From Octopus bimaculoides (Eukaryota): a DNA stretch of 63,867 nt. How positions within the stretch are numbered: the first letter of the stretch is position 1; each line of letters begins with the position of its first letter. Under the pieces are notes generated by a model. That model was not told the DNA's origin. It did no database searches and worked only from the letters and a program-made list of their open reading frames with translations. A program made the translations under genes and the position numbers. Location: NCBI RefSeq assembly GCF_001194135.2, contig NC_068985.1:113063443-113127309 (forward strand). The letters are read 5' to 3'. Below, piece after piece: positions 61,653-63,867 of the stretch.

Positions 61653-61873
61653 NNNNNNNNNNNNNNNNNNNNNNNNNNNNNNNNNNNNNNNNNNNNNNNN
61701 NNNNNNNNNNNNNNNNNNNNNNNNNNNNNNNNNNNNNNNNNNNNNNNNNNNNNNNNNNNNNNNNNNNNNNNNNNNNNNNNNNNNNNNNNNNNNNNNNNNN
61801 NNNNNNNNNNNNNNNNNNNNNNNNNNNNNNNNNNNNNNNNNNNNNNNNNNNNNNNNNNNNNNNNNNNNNNNNN

Positions 61874-62178
61874 TTAAAAGAATCAGGGAGATTCAGAAAA
61901 AATATCTGAGATCTCAAGGATTATTGCATATGTTTATATAAAAATATATACGAGTATATATACAGGAGGCCAGTAGGTGGACTGGTAATGTGCTAGAAGA
62001 AGATTCCCTTTGAGAATTATTCGGTCTTTGGAGACACATGACATGTGATCTTCTTCTAGCACATTACCGGTCCACCTACTGGCCTCCTGTATATATACTC
62101 GTATATATTTTTATATAAACATATGCAATAATCCTTGAGATCTCAGATATTTTTTCTGAATCTCCCTGATTCTTTTAA
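61874..62178. repeat. Foldback inverted repeat with 131-bp arms and a 43-bp spacer
   Basis: 61874-62004 is the reverse complement of 62048-62178 with one mismatch (T-G). Confidence 0.95.
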
Positions 62179-62265
62179 TGTGGTAGTTACCTGGTATTAA
62201 ATTGATATTAATTAATATCCAACTTTTTACCCCATTGTTTAATTTAGTTATATATATATATATAT

Positions 62266-62308
<43 letters not shown>

Positions 62309-62879
62309 TACATGCATGCATACATACATACATGCATGCATAAATACATACATACATGCATACATACATACATACATACATACATAGCTTATGCATTGAA
62401 CAATGACTCAAACTGTTTATTGAGTTCGTCATAGATCACCATAACTTCCATGCAATGATGATTATGAATATCTCATTGTTCGAATCTGTTGCCGTTTTAA
62501 ATATTTTAATGGTAACAATTAAGCTGCAGTCAAAATGATAGTATCTTCATTATGTACCCCTCATTTCTTCTCTTGCTCTCTCTCTTTATCTATGCCCCTC
62601 TCACTATCACTCTTCATTTCTCTCCCTCCCGCCGCTCTCTCTCTTTCTCACTGTCTTTCATTCTTCGCCATTTCATTTTCATTACGTTCACCAAATACAG
62701 ACACGTGATGTGCAGTCGTCATTTCACTCTGAGCTTAATTAGTGAAAACACTGATCTGTTTCAAATGGTAACGCTAATTTCGGTTTCCTGGTTATGGTTC
62801 GTTGCTACTCACCATGTCCGTTAATGAGACGAGGTTAAAAATATTTGAATTGCCAAAGTTAATACTCCGTCTTTATCTT

Positions 62880-62987
62880 TCTTTTTATTGCTTTAAGCCA
62901 CTGGACTGCAACCATGCTGGGGCACCACCTTGGAGGGTTTTAGTGGGTCTAATCGACCCTCAGTACATATCTTTCTTTTTTTCTTTT

Positions 62988-63039
<52 letters not shown>

Positions 63040-63370
63040 TCAGTTGGAAGTTGGTATTTATTCTAGCAATCTGTTTTGTCTCTTTTGCCGAACTGCAAGA
63101 TTAGAAGTAATTTAAACAACCAACGCCGATTTTAAAGCGGTGGTGGGGAAAAAACCAGAGACAATAACACATGCGCGCGCATGCGCATACGCACATACAC
63201 GACGGTCTTCCACGCAGTTTCCATATCCCAAATTCTCTCACAAAACAGTATCGGTCTTGGGGTAGAGGCTATAATAGAAAAGACACTTGCCGACTAAGGT
63301 GTGCACAGTAGGACTAAACCCGAAATCATGTGACTCCAAAACAAGTTTTTTAACCTCACAGTCATGCCTG
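62880..63370 (-). mobile_element. SINE family B with an expanded (TTTC)n insertion
   Basis: ggactgcaaccatgctggggcaccacctt..aatcgaccctcagtac, (TTTC)n, ttttgccgaactgc..ctataatagaaaagacacttg..actaaacccga. Confidence 0.8.
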
Positions 63371-63807
63371 AATTAAACTGTTTCCTTTTTTTATATATAT
63401 AATTATTTAAATTTTCAAGCAGAATCAAGTTGTAAAGGGTCAACTGAGCTGAATAAACTTCTCCACGGGAGACTAACATATAAAGAAGTTTAACTCAATG
63501 ATCTGGGATGTTATTTTCGGAAAACTTAAAAGAACATTAGTGTCGTTAATGCTAGCATTACAATGATATTTGCATGTTTGTAAGTTTTACGTCACTCAAG
63601 AATTCCAACACAAGAATTCGTTTCAAAATAAGGAGTTTATTATATATCAATTCATAATCGACCCGCGTTACGTTAATCAAGGTAATTAGTTTATTAACAA
63701 ACGTCAAAGTATAGACATTTCTTCGTTTACGTTTGATAAAATCCAAGAAGAGAGAAACGAGAAGGGTGAGATATGGCGATCGATAGGTGGATACAGGGAG
63801 AGGGAGA

Positions 63808-63812
<5 letters not shown>

Positions 63813-63867
<55 letters not shown>
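63813..63867 (+). repeat. (GA)n microsatellite running off the window end
   Basis: Direct reading. Confidence 0.95.

Overview
AT-rich, microsatellite-saturated animal genomic DNA from a draft scaffold, with about 15 large N-gaps. The SINE families look like those I recall from Octopus genomes, so a cephalopod origin is likely (inference). I found no intact host gene, tRNA, rRNA or CRISPR array, and almost every ORF in the supplied track is a microsatellite or N-run artefact. The window is a layered mobile-element graveyard. It holds more than 40 tRNA-derived SINE copies from at least 3-4 modular families and a Penelope-like (GIY-YIG) element, with a probable hammerhead ribozyme core cut by the window edge. 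It also holds three different R4/Dong-type REL retrotransposon 3' ends, each ending in a microsatellite, a HERO/NeSL-like end, two RTE ends, four mariner relics, and an internally deleted Gypsy (LTR, PBS, integrase). The least explained structures are near-perfect long hairpins (74-bp and 131-bp arms) and a dispersed GATCTGGGAAG minisatellite family with 24-bp and 30-bp units. All family assignments come from reading motifs by eye, not from database searches.
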